Shown: positions 16,394 to 26,671, numbered from the stretch's first letter. The stretch is 64,000 nucleotides of DNA from Promethearchaeota archaeon (GCA_041305945.1 JBGLND010000001.1:1717210-1781209), one strand, 5' to 3'. The notes: generated from the sequence alone by a model not told the origin. Translations and numbers: made by a program.

Positions 16394-18253
16394 ATGTTTA
16401 GACGCAGATTTTTAGGAGAACTTACTCGCGGCCAAATCATAAAGAACGCGGTGGTTGGCGGCGTGTTAATCGGCGTGTTGCTCGGTGTCTGGTTTGGTTA
16501 TCCGGCCGTGTTGAACTTGATCACGGGCACGCGTGGTGGTTACGAAACCCATGAGCCTGATATCTGGACGCCAGATGACGAGCCTTATGTCTTGACAGAA
16601 ATTTCTTTCAATGACACGTTCAACCCCCCGCCTGGCTTCGAGTTTGACGATTACGCGCGTGATTTCTGGTCGGACCACTTCAACGCGGGCGACACGGAAG
16701 TCGACTCGTCGTTCTCCGATTTTAACTCGTCGAACTGGAACATGCCCCTGTTTTACTACAATGATGTGGGAGATTACAGTCCCGTGATCGAGTACATGCG
16801 CCACAATTGCTACGACACGTTAAATGACGATGGTACCGGCTGGAGCAGGAACAGCCAGCTTTCCTACACGCTCGGGAGCGAGAACCGGTATTACACGCCC
16901 TTTGATTGGTCGAGGGAGATCAAGATAAACATCAACACGAACGCGTCCGTGGATTTGCGGCTCCCGTTTTTCCCTAACAAGCCAATATATTATAACGGGT
17001 CGCTCCGGTTGACGGACATCGGGGGAGAGCCCGGAAACGTCCAGTACCTCCCCGATGGCGATACGCTGTCGATCGAGTACCGGAACGATCTCGTGGTCGG
17101 TGCGGCCAACCAGCTCCCCCCGGACACGGTTGCCAACCTCACCTACAACGTGGACATCGATTGGATGGCCGACCCGTCCTTCCAAGATTCGTACAAGTAC
17201 GGGAGCATGCCGTCCGTGGTTCCCTATGGAAACATCCCTGCCCCCCTCGTGAATTACCTCCAGATCCCGCTCGTCGATCCCGGCACGAGGGAGCTAGGGC
17301 CTTACTTGGCAACGCATCCGAATTTCGCCACCGCTTATTATAATATTTTAATCGGCAACAACTTGGACAAGCAATCGAACGAGACGTGGGTGATCTTGCA
17401 TGCGATCGATGAGTATATCCGGTCGAATTACGATCTGTTCGCGACCTACCCGGAACGCCCGGGAGCCGGCGTTGACATGGTCGAGTGGTTCCTCCAGCGC
17501 CCGAAGACCAGCTACCCGAATGCAGGTGGTTCGACTTACGATTTCGCGGCGGCGTTCACCATGCTGGCCAGGGCATTCAACATCCCCACGCGGCTGGTCA
17601 TCGGGTATTACGACTGGGATTTCGACGGTGAAGTGACCCCGGCTAACATCTACGCGTGGTGCGAGGCCTACCTCCCGGAGAATTCAACGACGGGGCAGTG
17701 GATCAACTATGACTTCCCCGTGTCGTATAATTCGTCCTCGTTCATTCCTCCCATTTCCGAAGGCATTATCATCTCGTATCCGTTCGATGGCGAGACCATC
17801 AATTACTTGACTGGTATCCCGCTCCAGCTGGTCATGCAGAACGGGTCGGAGATCGTGAACGCGAGTTATTCCATCGATAGCGGGCCGTACATCGACGTTA
17901 CCTCATACGTGGTGAACAACAGCCCCTATTACTATGTCGACACGACGTTCGATGTCACCACGGATGGCATCCACGAGATATTCGCGTTCATGAATCTCTC
18001 CAGCGGGCTATCGTTCCAAGCACCCCCGGTATCGTTCATCATCAACCGCGAGCTTGGCGGCTTCATCACGCTCGACTTGCCAGTCAACAATACCGTGCAA
18101 CAGCTGTCCAACACGTTCCCGCTCGATTACTCGTTCGTGAACTCGACACCCGTAACCGGCGCAGTTTTACGAATCTTTTATTCAAACGGGACGCAATACG
18201 GCACCGACCTGCCCACCGTTGAACGTCTTGCCATGGCTAAAAGAGAGGCGTAG
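16394..18253 (+). CDS. membrane-anchored transglutaminase-like domain protein, catalytic Cys and His substituted
   Basis: N-terminal TM VVGGVLIGVLLGVWFGY. The TGase core GGSTYDFAAAFTMLARAFNIPTRLVIGYY ... IYAWCEAYLP ... WINYDFP matches the family pattern G-x-C-x-DFA ... GIPAR ... H-x-W-x-E ... D. It carries Thr/Tyr in place of Cys and Tyr in place of His. Confidence 0.75.
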   Translation: MFRRRFLGELTRGQIIKNAVVGGVLIGVLLGVWFGYPAVLNLITGTRGGYETHEPDIWTPDDEPYVLTEISFNDTFNPPPGFEFDDYARDFWSDHFNAGDTEVDSSFSDFNSSNWNMPLFYYNDVGDYSPVIEYMRHNCYDTLNDDGTGWSRNSQLSYTLGSENRYYTPFDWSREIKININTNASVDLRLPFFPNKPIYYNGSLRLTDIGGEPGNVQYLPDGDTLSIEYRNDLVVGAANQLPPDTVANLTYNVDIDWMADPSFQDSYKYGSMPSVVPYGNIPAPLVNYLQIPLVDPGTRELGPYLATHPNFATAYYNILIGNNLDKQSNETWVILHAIDEYIRSNYDLFATYPERPGAGVDMVEWFLQRPKTSYPNAGGSTYDFAAAFTMLARAFNIPTRLVIGYYDWDFDGEVTPANIYAWCEAYLPENSTTGQWINYDFPVSYNSSSFIPPISEGIIISYPFDGETINYLTGIPLQLVMQNGSEIVNASYSIDSGPYIDVTSYVVNNSPYYYVDTTFDVTTDGIHEIFAFMNLSSGLSFQAPPVSFIINRELGGFITLDLPVNNTVQQLSNTFPLDYSFVNSTPVTGAVLRIFYSNGTQYGTDLPTVERLAMAKREA

Positions 18254-19898
18254 ATGGTTGATCGTGCTTGTTCTTGCAATTGACATTCTCAGCACGTTGC
18301 CCATCCCGGGCTGGGCGGTCATGAATGTAAGGTTGCAAGTGGAAGGTATTTCAAGGACGTTCGTGCTGCCAACGCTTGGTTATTGGTTTGAAATAACTGA
18401 AACGTTTAGTTACAATCTTGTCGTTGACGATGGTGCGATACTAGCAGTAATCACGATTCCAACATTATTTTTTTTTGTTATATTTTTTGATATCATTTTG
18501 TTATTCAAGGAGAAAGTTAAAACAAGGAGATGGTGGTTTTTATTTGGCATCGTTCATATTGGTATACTATCCACGTACATCACGATACATTACTTGAACA
18601 TGTACCCGTTATTGGATGGTTTCGCATTTGATGAATTCGATATAAGTTGGTCTGTTGGACCAAGCGTGCTTTTATCAGGGTTGACATGTACCATGCGAGG
18701 ATTAGATGCATCAAGGATGAACGATGCTTTTTCCCGAAAGAAGGACACCCAAGTACCTGCAAAGCAAGCAATATCTGGTGTAATTCTTTGTTTACTTGTT
18801 TTATTTCCTTTCTCGATTGCAAAACCCCACGACGTGGGTAAGGTGGAAATACAAATGGACGGGTCACCGCTCATTCCTACCGAATCTTCCGTAAAGGGTC
18901 TTTCAACCAGCGGGCTCATCCACGTTGATAATAACTGGTCTTCGACGGCGAGCACGTATCCATGGTGCACGGGAGCAGGAACACCTGCGGATCCCTACGT
19001 GATCAAGGACTTGGTCTTGAATGCAGACGACACGAACATGATCCTTATCCAGAACACGGTGGAACATTTCGTCATCAAGAATTGCACCTACAAGCCGGTC
19101 ACCCCAAGCATCCTAACCCGACAAAGTAACATCATCCTTCACAACGTGGAAAACGGGATCATAGAAAATAACAATTGCTCGTTAAAATACAGGGGAATTT
19201 ATGCCGAAAATTGCGACAACCTCGTGATTTCTGCAAATGTTATCACGAACACCTCGGACCACGGGATCGAAATACAAGGCTCACGAAACGTGGACATCAT
19301 GAACAATAACCTTTCTTTTAATGTCGATCATGACATTTACATCAATTATAGTCACGATGTCAGGATAGAACAAAATTTATTTTATCAAAATATCCGATGG
19401 GGCACGTGGATGGGAAACGTGATCAATTCAACCGTGATTGCAAACGTTTTCGAGGATTCTGACCCCAATTCTACGACAAGAGATTCGTTGACATTATATA
19501 ATTGTACAAACTCAACGATCTCCCGCAACCAGGTTCGGATTCGGGATTATGGTTCGATGAAAATCCTCCATTCCGCTTCAGTGAACGTGGAAAGGAACTT
19601 GTTCCTGAATTGTTCACTCCAATATGAAAATGTATCCTCTTCGATCATAGAAAAAAACGTGATCTTTTATCCAAGGGGAGGAAATGGGATCCGCGTGCGA
19701 GGTAAAGAAACACCATTGACCCAGTTTAACTTGATCGTTTGCTTAGAAGACCCCTTGAATACTCCGGTTATATATAATTATTACAATCCATCATTTACTC
19801 ATGATTTTTTTGAGTATATTCAAAGCGGGATTCTCGGGTTTTCTTTTATTTTCTTTGCACATCAACATCACTTCAAGGAGCGTAAAAGAAAGAAATAA
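18219..19898 (+). CDS. polytopic N-terminal domain plus NosD-like beta-helix ectodomain and C-terminal TM anchor
   Basis: Five hydrophobic spans are followed by WCTGAGTPADPYVIKDLVL and repeated N-x-I/N-x-V coils. The tail is GILGFSFIFFAHQHHFKERKRKK. The start is uncertain (TTG 18219, ATG 18321). It overlaps the previous gene by 35 nt. Confidence 0.7.
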   Translation: MNVLPWLKERRRWLIVLVLAIDILSTLPIPGWAVMNVRLQVEGISRTFVLPTLGYWFEITETFSYNLVVDDGAILAVITIPTLFFFVIFFDIILLFKEKVKTRRWWFLFGIVHIGILSTYITIHYLNMYPLLDGFAFDEFDISWSVGPSVLLSGLTCTMRGLDASRMNDAFSRKKDTQVPAKQAISGVILCLLVLFPFSIAKPHDVGKVEIQMDGSPLIPTESSVKGLSTSGLIHVDNNWSSTASTYPWCTGAGTPADPYVIKDLVLNADDTNMILIQNTVEHFVIKNCTYKPVTPSILTRQSNIILHNVENGIIENNNCSLKYRGIYAENCDNLVISANVITNTSDHGIEIQGSRNVDIMNNNLSFNVDHDIYINYSHDVRIEQNLFYQNIRWGTWMGNVINSTVIANVFEDSDPNSTTRDSLTLYNCTNSTISRNQVRIRDYGSMKILHSASVNVERNLFLNCSLQYENVSSSIIEKNVIFYPRGGNGIRVRGKETPLTQFNLIVCLEDPLNTPVIYNYYNPSFTHDFFEYIQSGILGFSFIFFAHQHHFKERKRKK

Positions 19899-20156
19899 GA
19901 AATCATGGATGCCACGTCGTTCCTTTGATAAAATCCATTGCCAAGAACAATAACCCACGTTTTTTCCCTGTCATGATACAACCACCGAATATCGGGTTGG
20001 TAGAGTGCCGTCGCGGGCGGTTAAGAAGGTTTTCCCGGAACGGGTGAGGAATCGGAACGTTCCCGGGGACGGGACCGGGCCGGCACAAGACTACAAACAG
20101 CACGGACGGTTTGACGGTGCATGGCGAGAGCCGTGAACACGGCACGCGGACGATGA

Positions 20157-21275
20157 ATGATGACCTACAAGGCAGTGATCGTGGGCATGGGCGGCCACGC
20201 GATGTCGTGGAAGCAAAACATAGACAAGCATGAAGAGATCGAGTTAGTTGCATGCGTGGACAATGACACGGAAAAATTAGCAAATGATTGGAAGCGATGG
20301 GGCGTTGACGAGGATTGCGTGTTCCCGACCATCAAGGACCTTCTCCAGTGGGGTGAAGGCCCATGGGATGAAAACACGATCGCCATCATCGCCACCCCCA
20401 TCCCCACGCACTGGGTGCTCGCCCTCGAAGCGTTGACCGCGGGCATGAACGTGATCTGCGAGAAGAACTTGTGCTCGTCGGTCATGCAAGGCCGGGCAAT
20501 GGTGCGCGCCGCCATGGAACGACCCGGCTTGTGCACCGCCACCGGGACGCAAACCCGCTACTTTTACAAGTACTGGACCTTGAAGAAATTCATCACCGAG
20601 AATGCAAAGCGCTTGGGGCCGCTATCCTTCGTGAATTTCACGACGCTCTACAACAACGGCAAGAGGGAGTTTCGCTGGCGGCAGATGCTCGACGACCCCG
20701 TCTTGGAGGACATGTGCCCGCACAGCATGGATTACCTCCGGTACCTCACGGGAATGGACGTCGTGGAGGTAAGCGCCCACTCGTTCCGCCACCCGTATTC
20801 CAATTTCTTCGGCAATAGCGGGTTCACCGCCACGATGGCCCTCGCGAGACCCGGGGCGTATGAACAACGCGACGAGCACCTCACCTGCCAGTACCGCGCG
20901 GATTGGTTCAAGAAGGGAAGGAGCGGCCAAACCTACGAGCTGCTGTTCGAGAACGGGGACGTCTTGATGGATGACAAGGAAATACACGTGAACTGGTACA
21001 CGGATGTCGAGGGAAACACGTTCACGACAGAAACCGTCCCGCTCGCCCATGACGTCGACGTTTACGAGTACCCGCGAAACGCGGAAAACGAGTACGAGGA
21101 GCAGCTGTTGATCCTTGACCAGGTGGTCACGGGCATCAAGAGCAAGGGGAAGACCCAGCCCGGGACCAACTGGAAGGATAGCTTCAAGAGCTTCTGCATC
21201 ACGCAAGCGGTCAAGGAGGCCCACAACCAGCGGAAGGTGGTGTGGGTGCCGGATTACTGGAAAGGCTTGCTTTGA
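20157..21275 (+). CDS. Gfo/Idh/MocA family NAD(P)-dependent oxidoreductase
   Basis: The N-terminal Rossmann segment is KAVIVGMGGHAMSW ... ELVACVD ... AIIATPIPTHW ... AGMNVICEKNL. The length of 372 aa is typical. Confidence 0.8.
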   Translation: MMTYKAVIVGMGGHAMSWKQNIDKHEEIELVACVDNDTEKLANDWKRWGVDEDCVFPTIKDLLQWGEGPWDENTIAIIATPIPTHWVLALEALTAGMNVICEKNLCSSVMQGRAMVRAAMERPGLCTATGTQTRYFYKYWTLKKFITENAKRLGPLSFVNFTTLYNNGKREFRWRQMLDDPVLEDMCPHSMDYLRYLTGMDVVEVSAHSFRHPYSNFFGNSGFTATMALARPGAYEQRDEHLTCQYRADWFKKGRSGQTYELLFENGDVLMDDKEIHVNWYTDVEGNTFTTETVPLAHDVDVYEYPRNAENEYEEQLLILDQVVTGIKSKGKTQPGTNWKDSFKSFCITQAVKEAHNQRKVVWVPDYWKGLL

Positions 21276-21378
21276 ACGATTTTTTTCACCGCTTGCCAGG
21301 TCACCACGCTCAAAGCGTCTCATGAAAAGGAATCAAGAAAGAAGGAAAAAGTGCAGGGCGAACCACGACCGGGGGGTG

Positions 21379-23664
21379 TCATATCTTGAGTATCTTCTTC
21401 TCGATCTCGAGCTCGTGAGCTTCCCGCATGGCGTCGGTGAACACGTCAACGGGATGCTTGTCCTTCCACGGGCACGCACGATACCCTGCCCTTGATACGG
21501 AATACAAGAACCGGGCGAAGAAACCAACACCGGCGACCATTTTCGTTGCCTTGTCGAATTCTTGGAGCGTGTTCTTGTCCCAGTGCCCGAAGACGCCCGC
21601 GAGGAACGCGTACAGGTACAAGCCACCGAACACCGCGATCAAGAAGAGGATGGCTGTCGTGAGGAGATCGCCGTGCCACACGACCGGTGCAATGACGAAA
21701 TCGAAGAGCAAATACACGAGCAACGCGGATACTGCCGGTGAAATCCACACGACGACCCAGTACGCCTTTGGATGGCTCACGTACTTGTAAATGAATATCC
21801 AGAGGGAGATGTTCTTGGCCACGAGTGCCGGGATGTACGCCCACAGGATGCCGAGCATCTGGAAGCCGGGAATGAATGCCAGCAAGAACAGAGCACGTGT
21901 TACTTGTTCGATCACCCAGCAGAGGGCCAGCTTGCCCGTGAGCCCCGCGCCGGTGAGCATCTTGTCACCTTGCCAGGAATACGGGCCAAGCAGCTGGAAG
22001 AGTAAGACCCAGGGGATGAACCGGATCGCCGGGGCCCACTCGTCACCGCTGAAGCCAAGCACGAAACGCCACCCCATCATCAAGAGCAGGGAGACGACGA
22101 AGAACGCCATGTAATTCGCCCATTTCAAGCCTTGCACCGTGTGAAGCTCCAGCAACTTGTGTTTCTTGTGGGAATGTGCCTCACTGACGCCCGCGAGCAA
22201 CCCTTCCATGAACAAGCCCACGACGGCCACGATGCCCCCGAACGTGTAGACGAGGTTGAAGTAGCCATTCTCGGTTGCATACCCTTTCACGTAGATGGAT
22301 TGCAAGAAGACCTGCCACAACCAGACCGCAGGAACCCACACGCTACCTGCCATGAATTTAACCCCGAACGTGAGGGCTTCCTTGAATTCAGCCCACGTGA
22401 AGTCCGCGCGAAAGACAGTGGACACGTTGAACTTGAGCTTCTTGAACAACCCGACCGTGAAGAAGTACGTGCCCCATTCCGCGACGTACTGGCCGAACGC
22501 GAACCCCACGCCTGCCCCGAACGCTTCCCCGTAAACGGGCATTCCCGCGAAGATGGCCCGGAAGATCAAGATGCACCCGATCTGGCTGAGGATGTTGAAG
22601 ATGATCGTGTACAAAAGCTGCGTGAGGAGCTGGTAATCCGTGCGCTGCATACCTTGAAACACGTACTGGAACACCAAGAAGAAGCCCGGGTACTGGATGA
22701 GGCTGTGGAGCACGAACATCCACGACATGTGGGCCAAGTAGGTCTGCGGGAAGATGATCGAGCCAATGAATGCCACGATGAAAATCTGTGCCACGCCGGA
22801 CAGCATTTGCCACCAGACAAAAATCTGCACGTAATGGATTGCCTTTTCTGGTTGCTTGACCCGGTATTGCGCGAAGTACTTGGCAAGTGCCACGCTCGTT
22901 CCCACGTCAAATGCAACCCAGACGGCACCGAAGAAGTTCCTCGTGAGATCCATCCAGCCATTTACTTGTGGAAACGGGAGAATTAATTGCGGGAACAAGT
23001 ATCCAACGATCACCAGTTGCGGGATGAGCAATATCACGCCCATGAAGAACCCAAACAGGAACCCGCCGATCTGCTTGTGGGAGCCGACTTGCTCCCACTT
23101 GTCTGTTAAATCCACTTCCGCGACCTTGGATAATTCCTTCTCGATCTCCTCGGGATTCAAGTTGCTCTCCATCAATTGCTTGATGAGCGCGCGTTTTTCC
23201 TCGGGAAGCTCGATGGTTTCGTCCTCGCGCTTCGTTTCAGCCTTGGCAGCCTCCAGAGAAGCAGCATCGATGCGGCTCTTCGCGGACCGCCTGCGCACGT
23301 ACAAGAATATCCACACGGCAAGGATGAGCATGGCAATCACGTACACGACGATGATGGCTTGCTCGGTCCCGTGCGGGACGGGACTGAATGCCCAGTTCCC
23401 GTACGTGGGAAATTCCATCCCGGAAAGGGTCATCGTGGAGCCATACATCATGTAATTGAAGTACGGCCAAATCCGAACTTGGTAATTGATGCTTGCATCG
23501 GAAGAGCCAAAATATCCTGTATAGTACAAGATCGTACCTGATCCAAGTCGTTTTTCGATGATCAAAGGGTCTCGGTTTAAATCTTGCTGGTCGATCTGCA
23601 AGTACCGTTCGAGCAAGATGGTGGTGCCCGTCTGGACGTTCTCGGACTGTGGATACGCGGCCAT
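21379..23664 (-). CDS. large membrane protein: soluble N-terminal fragment, one TM, charged linker and ~14-TM domain (possible MOP/Wzx-type flippase)
   Basis: About 14 hydrophobic spans follow residue 190, with a DVGTSVALAKYFAQYRVKQPEKA loop after TM2 that recalls polysaccharide-biosynthesis (Wzx) proteins. The functional call is tentative. The N-terminus may be cut at ~23640. Confidence 0.55.
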   Translation of the reverse strand: MAAYPQSENVQTGTTILLERYLQIDQQDLNRDPLIIEKRLGSGTILYYTGYFGSSDASINYQVRIWPYFNYMMYGSTMTLSGMEFPTYGNWAFSPVPHGTEQAIIVVYVIAMLILAVWIFLYVRRRSAKSRIDAASLEAAKAETKREDETIELPEEKRALIKQLMESNLNPEEIEKELSKVAEVDLTDKWEQVGSHKQIGGFLFGFFMGVILLIPQLVIVGYLFPQLILPFPQVNGWMDLTRNFFGAVWVAFDVGTSVALAKYFAQYRVKQPEKAIHYVQIFVWWQMLSGVAQIFIVAFIGSIIFPQTYLAHMSWMFVLHSLIQYPGFFLVFQYVFQGMQRTDYQLLTQLLYTIIFNILSQIGCILIFRAIFAGMPVYGEAFGAGVGFAFGQYVAEWGTYFFTVGLFKKLKFNVSTVFRADFTWAEFKEALTFGVKFMAGSVWVPAVWLWQVFLQSIYVKGYATENGYFNLVYTFGGIVAVVGLFMEGLLAGVSEAHSHKKHKLLELHTVQGLKWANYMAFFVVSLLLMMGWRFVLGFSGDEWAPAIRFIPWVLLFQLLGPYSWQGDKMLTGAGLTGKLALCWVIEQVTRALFLLAFIPGFQMLGILWAYIPALVAKNISLWIFIYKYVSHPKAYWVVVWISPAVSALLVYLLFDFVIAPVVWHGDLLTTAILFLIAVFGGLYLYAFLAGVFGHWDKNTLQEFDKATKMVAGVGFFARFLYSVSRAGYRACPWKDKHPVDVFTDAMREAHELEIEKKILKI

Positions 23665-25339
23665 CTACATCGCGCGGGGAAGCAACGCGATCTCGGTTGA
23701 TGCTAACACGGTCACGAGCTGTTCCATCGGCTTCTACTTGAATGATGGTATTCATGACGTGGTAGTACGGAACAACTCCCTCTCCGACCTTGCAAATAAC
23801 GGCATCGCGCTATATTCAAATTGTTATGACTGCGACGTGGCTGAAAATGTACTCGTGAACGGCACGGGGAACGGCATTCTCATCAGTAGCGGGTCAATGC
23901 ACATCATGGTTCACAAGAATATCCTTTACAACCTCTCCACGGGTTTCTTGATATCTGGTTCTTTGTATAACGCTATCCAAGAGAATGAAATCACCGCGAA
24001 TGATTATGGTGTATTTTTTTCCGTTTACGCACGGAATAACCTCTTCACTAACAACACAATCCGAGATGCTAATGTTCTCGTTTTCCTCCAACAATCGAAT
24101 GAGAATATCATCTCGTGCAATGGGCTATACGATGCTGCAAGTATAGGGGTCCAGCTCCACAACGATTGTGGTTGGAACAGCATCGATTCGAACACGATCT
24201 CCTCTCCTGGAACGCACGGCATCTACACGTCTACGAACGTGTTCCGGAACAAGTTCCAGAACAATACCATCGAGGATGCCGGGGAAGAAGGTATCTTCCT
24301 CGATTCGAGCAGCCACGCAAACGAGGTCATTGGAAACCTCGTTCGCAATGCCACTTGGAACGGCGTCCGGCTGTTCAATAATTGCGACGATAACAAGATC
24401 GAGGGGAATACCATCGAGGACTGCTGGAAAGGCGTTGCCATGTCATCCTTTTGCGATTTCACGTCGGTCACCGGAAACACGATCTTTGATTGCGATTACG
24501 AAATTGGTGTCGTGTCGGGTTGCTCGTTCGTGCATATCGCGGGAAACCACGTCGGTGGTTCCTCGATCTTCGGGGTCTCTTTAGATTCTTCCCATGGCAT
24601 GGTGATGGGTAACTTGATTGAAGGAGCAACAATCGAAGGCTTGCGGGTCACCGGTACGGCATGTGTTATTGTTGAAAATTACTTCATCAATAACACGGTG
24701 CACGCGACCGATTATGGTACTGAAAACATCTGGATTGGTGGAACTGGCAACAAGGGTAATTATTGGGACGATTATTCTGGTTTTGACATGGATGGTGACG
24801 GCATTGGAGATGAACCGTACAGCCTCGGTGGCCCGAGCCATTCCAACGACACGCTGCCCATCTGGGACCTGCAACCCCCCGTGTTCATAACGATACCGCA
24901 AAACATGATATCCGAGCCCGGTAACGTGAGCAACGCGCTTGTTTGGACGATCTTGGACACGAGCGTTGCTGAACCGGCGTATTCATTAACGATAAACGGT
25001 ACCACGGTTGTAAAAGGGACATGGGCCTCTGGTACCCCAATAGTATTCAACATTGCCCATCTCGCGCCGGGCAATTACACGGTGTGTATCACGGTTACCG
25101 ACGGTTGGGATGCCCGGTTCGGTCTCACGAATCACACGGGACTTGGCGGCACGAACACGCACCAAGTAGTTATTTGCATCCTTGCCCCACGGGAAACACT
25201 TGCCGGGCCCTTTGATGCAGTTACAGGGCTCGTTATCGGTTTGCTTGTCGGTGCAGGTGGTATGGCCGTGGTGGTCGTCCTTGTCGTGTACAAGTACAAG
25301 CCGAGAGCATCAAGTAGCGGGAAACGTGCCGCTCCTTGA
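23618..25339 (+). CDS. NosD-like beta-helix surface protein with C-terminal TM anchor; no signal peptide (apparently 5'-truncated)
   Basis: Beta-helix coils begin at the first residues (GYAAIYIARGSNAISVDANTV ...). NKGNYWDDYSGFDMDGDGIGDEPY is a NosD-type motif. The tail is LVIGLLVGAGGMAVVVVLVVYKYKPR. Confidence 0.7.
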   Translation: MVVPVWTFSDCGYAAIYIARGSNAISVDANTVTSCSIGFYLNDGIHDVVVRNNSLSDLANNGIALYSNCYDCDVAENVLVNGTGNGILISSGSMHIMVHKNILYNLSTGFLISGSLYNAIQENEITANDYGVFFSVYARNNLFTNNTIRDANVLVFLQQSNENIISCNGLYDAASIGVQLHNDCGWNSIDSNTISSPGTHGIYTSTNVFRNKFQNNTIEDAGEEGIFLDSSSHANEVIGNLVRNATWNGVRLFNNCDDNKIEGNTIEDCWKGVAMSSFCDFTSVTGNTIFDCDYEIGVVSGCSFVHIAGNHVGGSSIFGVSLDSSHGMVMGNLIEGATIEGLRVTGTACVIVENYFINNTVHATDYGTENIWIGGTGNKGNYWDDYSGFDMDGDGIGDEPYSLGGPSHSNDTLPIWDLQPPVFITIPQNMISEPGNVSNALVWTILDTSVAEPAYSLTINGTTVVKGTWASGTPIVFNIAHLAPGNYTVCITVTDGWDARFGLTNHTGLGGTNTHQVVICILAPRETLAGPFDAVTGLVIGLLVGAGGMAVVVVLVVYKYKPRASSSGKRAAP

Positions 25340-25368
25340 ACCAAGTTTTTTCAATCATTCCTTTTATT

Positions 25369-26637
25369 TCACGCGCGATTCCGGAGTATTTTATTCTCGT
25401 GCTTTTCAATGGCGTTTATCAAGTCCATGCCCGCGGGTACCCCGTTCGACACACAGAATTGGTCCCAGACCGCACCGAACGGCATTCCCTTTAATTCCTC
25501 CAGCAGCGCAAGCCTTTGGAAATGCTTCCCGCCTTCTTCGTATTCCAAGAGAATTTTCCTTGGCTGGAGGATCGCGTAGAGGACCGCCTTCAAGGTGGCT
25601 CTCGCCCCGATGACCCACGCGCCGATGCGGTTGATGCTCGCGTCGAAGTAGTCCAGCGCCAAGCGGGTGCTATCGAGTGCACCGGCTCGAACGAGCTCCT
25701 CCGCGAGGCTCACCAGGTCGTCGTTCATGATGACGACGTGATCGCTGTCCCATCGAACGCCCCGGCTCACGTGCAGCAACAAGTTCTTGGTGAATGGTAA
25801 TATTGCAGAAATCTTGTCCGCAACTGATTCCGTCGGGTGGTAATGCCCCATGTCCATCGTGAACCCGATGTTTCTCGTGAGCGCGTAGCCCAGGTAAAAT
25901 TCATGGCTGCCCACGACGAACGACTCGCTTCCTATCCCGAAAAGCTTGCCTTCGATGTAATCTCTCATGAACCGGTGGTCACGTTTCGTGGCAAATATCT
26001 CGTCCAAGGACTCGACGAGCAATGCCCTGTGCCCGGCACGATCGACGGTGATGTCCTTGGCGCCGTCGGGAATCCACAAGTTATGCGTGCAGGCGTCCCC
26101 TTGAGTCTTGCCCATGGTCTCGGCGATCTCGCGGCACGCTTGCACGTGGGCTATCCAGAACTCGCGCGTGCCCTTGTTCTTGTCGCTGAGCGTGAATCCC
26201 GAAGCTGCTTTCGGGTGCGCGAACAGCGTCGCGTTGAAATCGAGCTTGATGCCCTTCTCCCTTGCCCAGTCCATCCAGGCTTGGAAATGCTCGGGACCGA
26301 TCGCGTCCCTGTCCACCACGGTTCCTTTAAACTCACCGTACATGGCATGGAGGTTCAACCGGTGCGTGCCGGGGACAAGCGACAAGGCTTTTTCGACATC
26401 CGATCGCAATTCACCTGGCGTGCGGGCCCTGCCGGGGAAGTTACCGGTTGCCTTGATCCCGCCGGAATCCAGCGCGCCGGCTTGCTTTTCGAACCCGGCA
26501 ACATCGTCGCCTTGCCAGCAATGCAACGAGATGGAAATATTTTCCATCCTCTTCAAAACAGCATCAACGTCAACACCCAGCGCCTTGTACTTCTCGCGAG
26601 CACCCGAAAAAGTGCGTTCATCGTCGGTTTCGTGCAT
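25369..26637 (-). CDS. rhaA: L-rhamnose isomerase
   Basis: It is collinear with E. coli RhaA as I recall it: ISLHCWQGDDVAGFE ... ATGNFPGRAR ... NLWIPDGAKDITVDR ... HVSRGVRWDSDHVV ... FDASINRIGAWVIG. The ATG at 26637 gives 422 aa. Confidence 0.9.
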   Translation of the reverse strand: MHETDDERTFSGAREKYKALGVDVDAVLKRMENISISLHCWQGDDVAGFEKQAGALDSGGIKATGNFPGRARTPGELRSDVEKALSLVPGTHRLNLHAMYGEFKGTVVDRDAIGPEHFQAWMDWAREKGIKLDFNATLFAHPKAASGFTLSDKNKGTREFWIAHVQACREIAETMGKTQGDACTHNLWIPDGAKDITVDRAGHRALLVESLDEIFATKRDHRFMRDYIEGKLFGIGSESFVVGSHEFYLGYALTRNIGFTMDMGHYHPTESVADKISAILPFTKNLLLHVSRGVRWDSDHVVIMNDDLVSLAEELVRAGALDSTRLALDYFDASINRIGAWVIGARATLKAVLYAILQPRKILLEYEEGGKHFQRLALLEELKGMPFGAVWDQFCVSNGVPAGMDLINAIEKHENKILRNRA

Positions 26638-26657
26638 CAGGGACCACCTACATACGT

Positions 26658-26671
26658 TAATGTATACATTA
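26658..26671. promoter_or_regulatory. perfect 14-bp palindrome TAATGTATACATTA in the 78-nt divergent rhaA/sulfatase intergenic region (operator and/or TATA candidate)
   Basis: Read directly at 26658-26671. It lies 21 nt from the rhaA ATG and 45 nt from the sulfatase GTG. Confidence 0.4.

Noticed and set aside
19903-20156. GC-rich 250-nt spacer with an imperfect hairpin (CCCGGAACG...CGTTCCCGGGG) as a riboswitch or regulatory RNA
   Set aside because: The stem is imperfect, I recognise no conserved riboswitch core, and the 126-aa antisense ORF there is Cys/Arg/Pro-rich junk. It is noted but not supportable.
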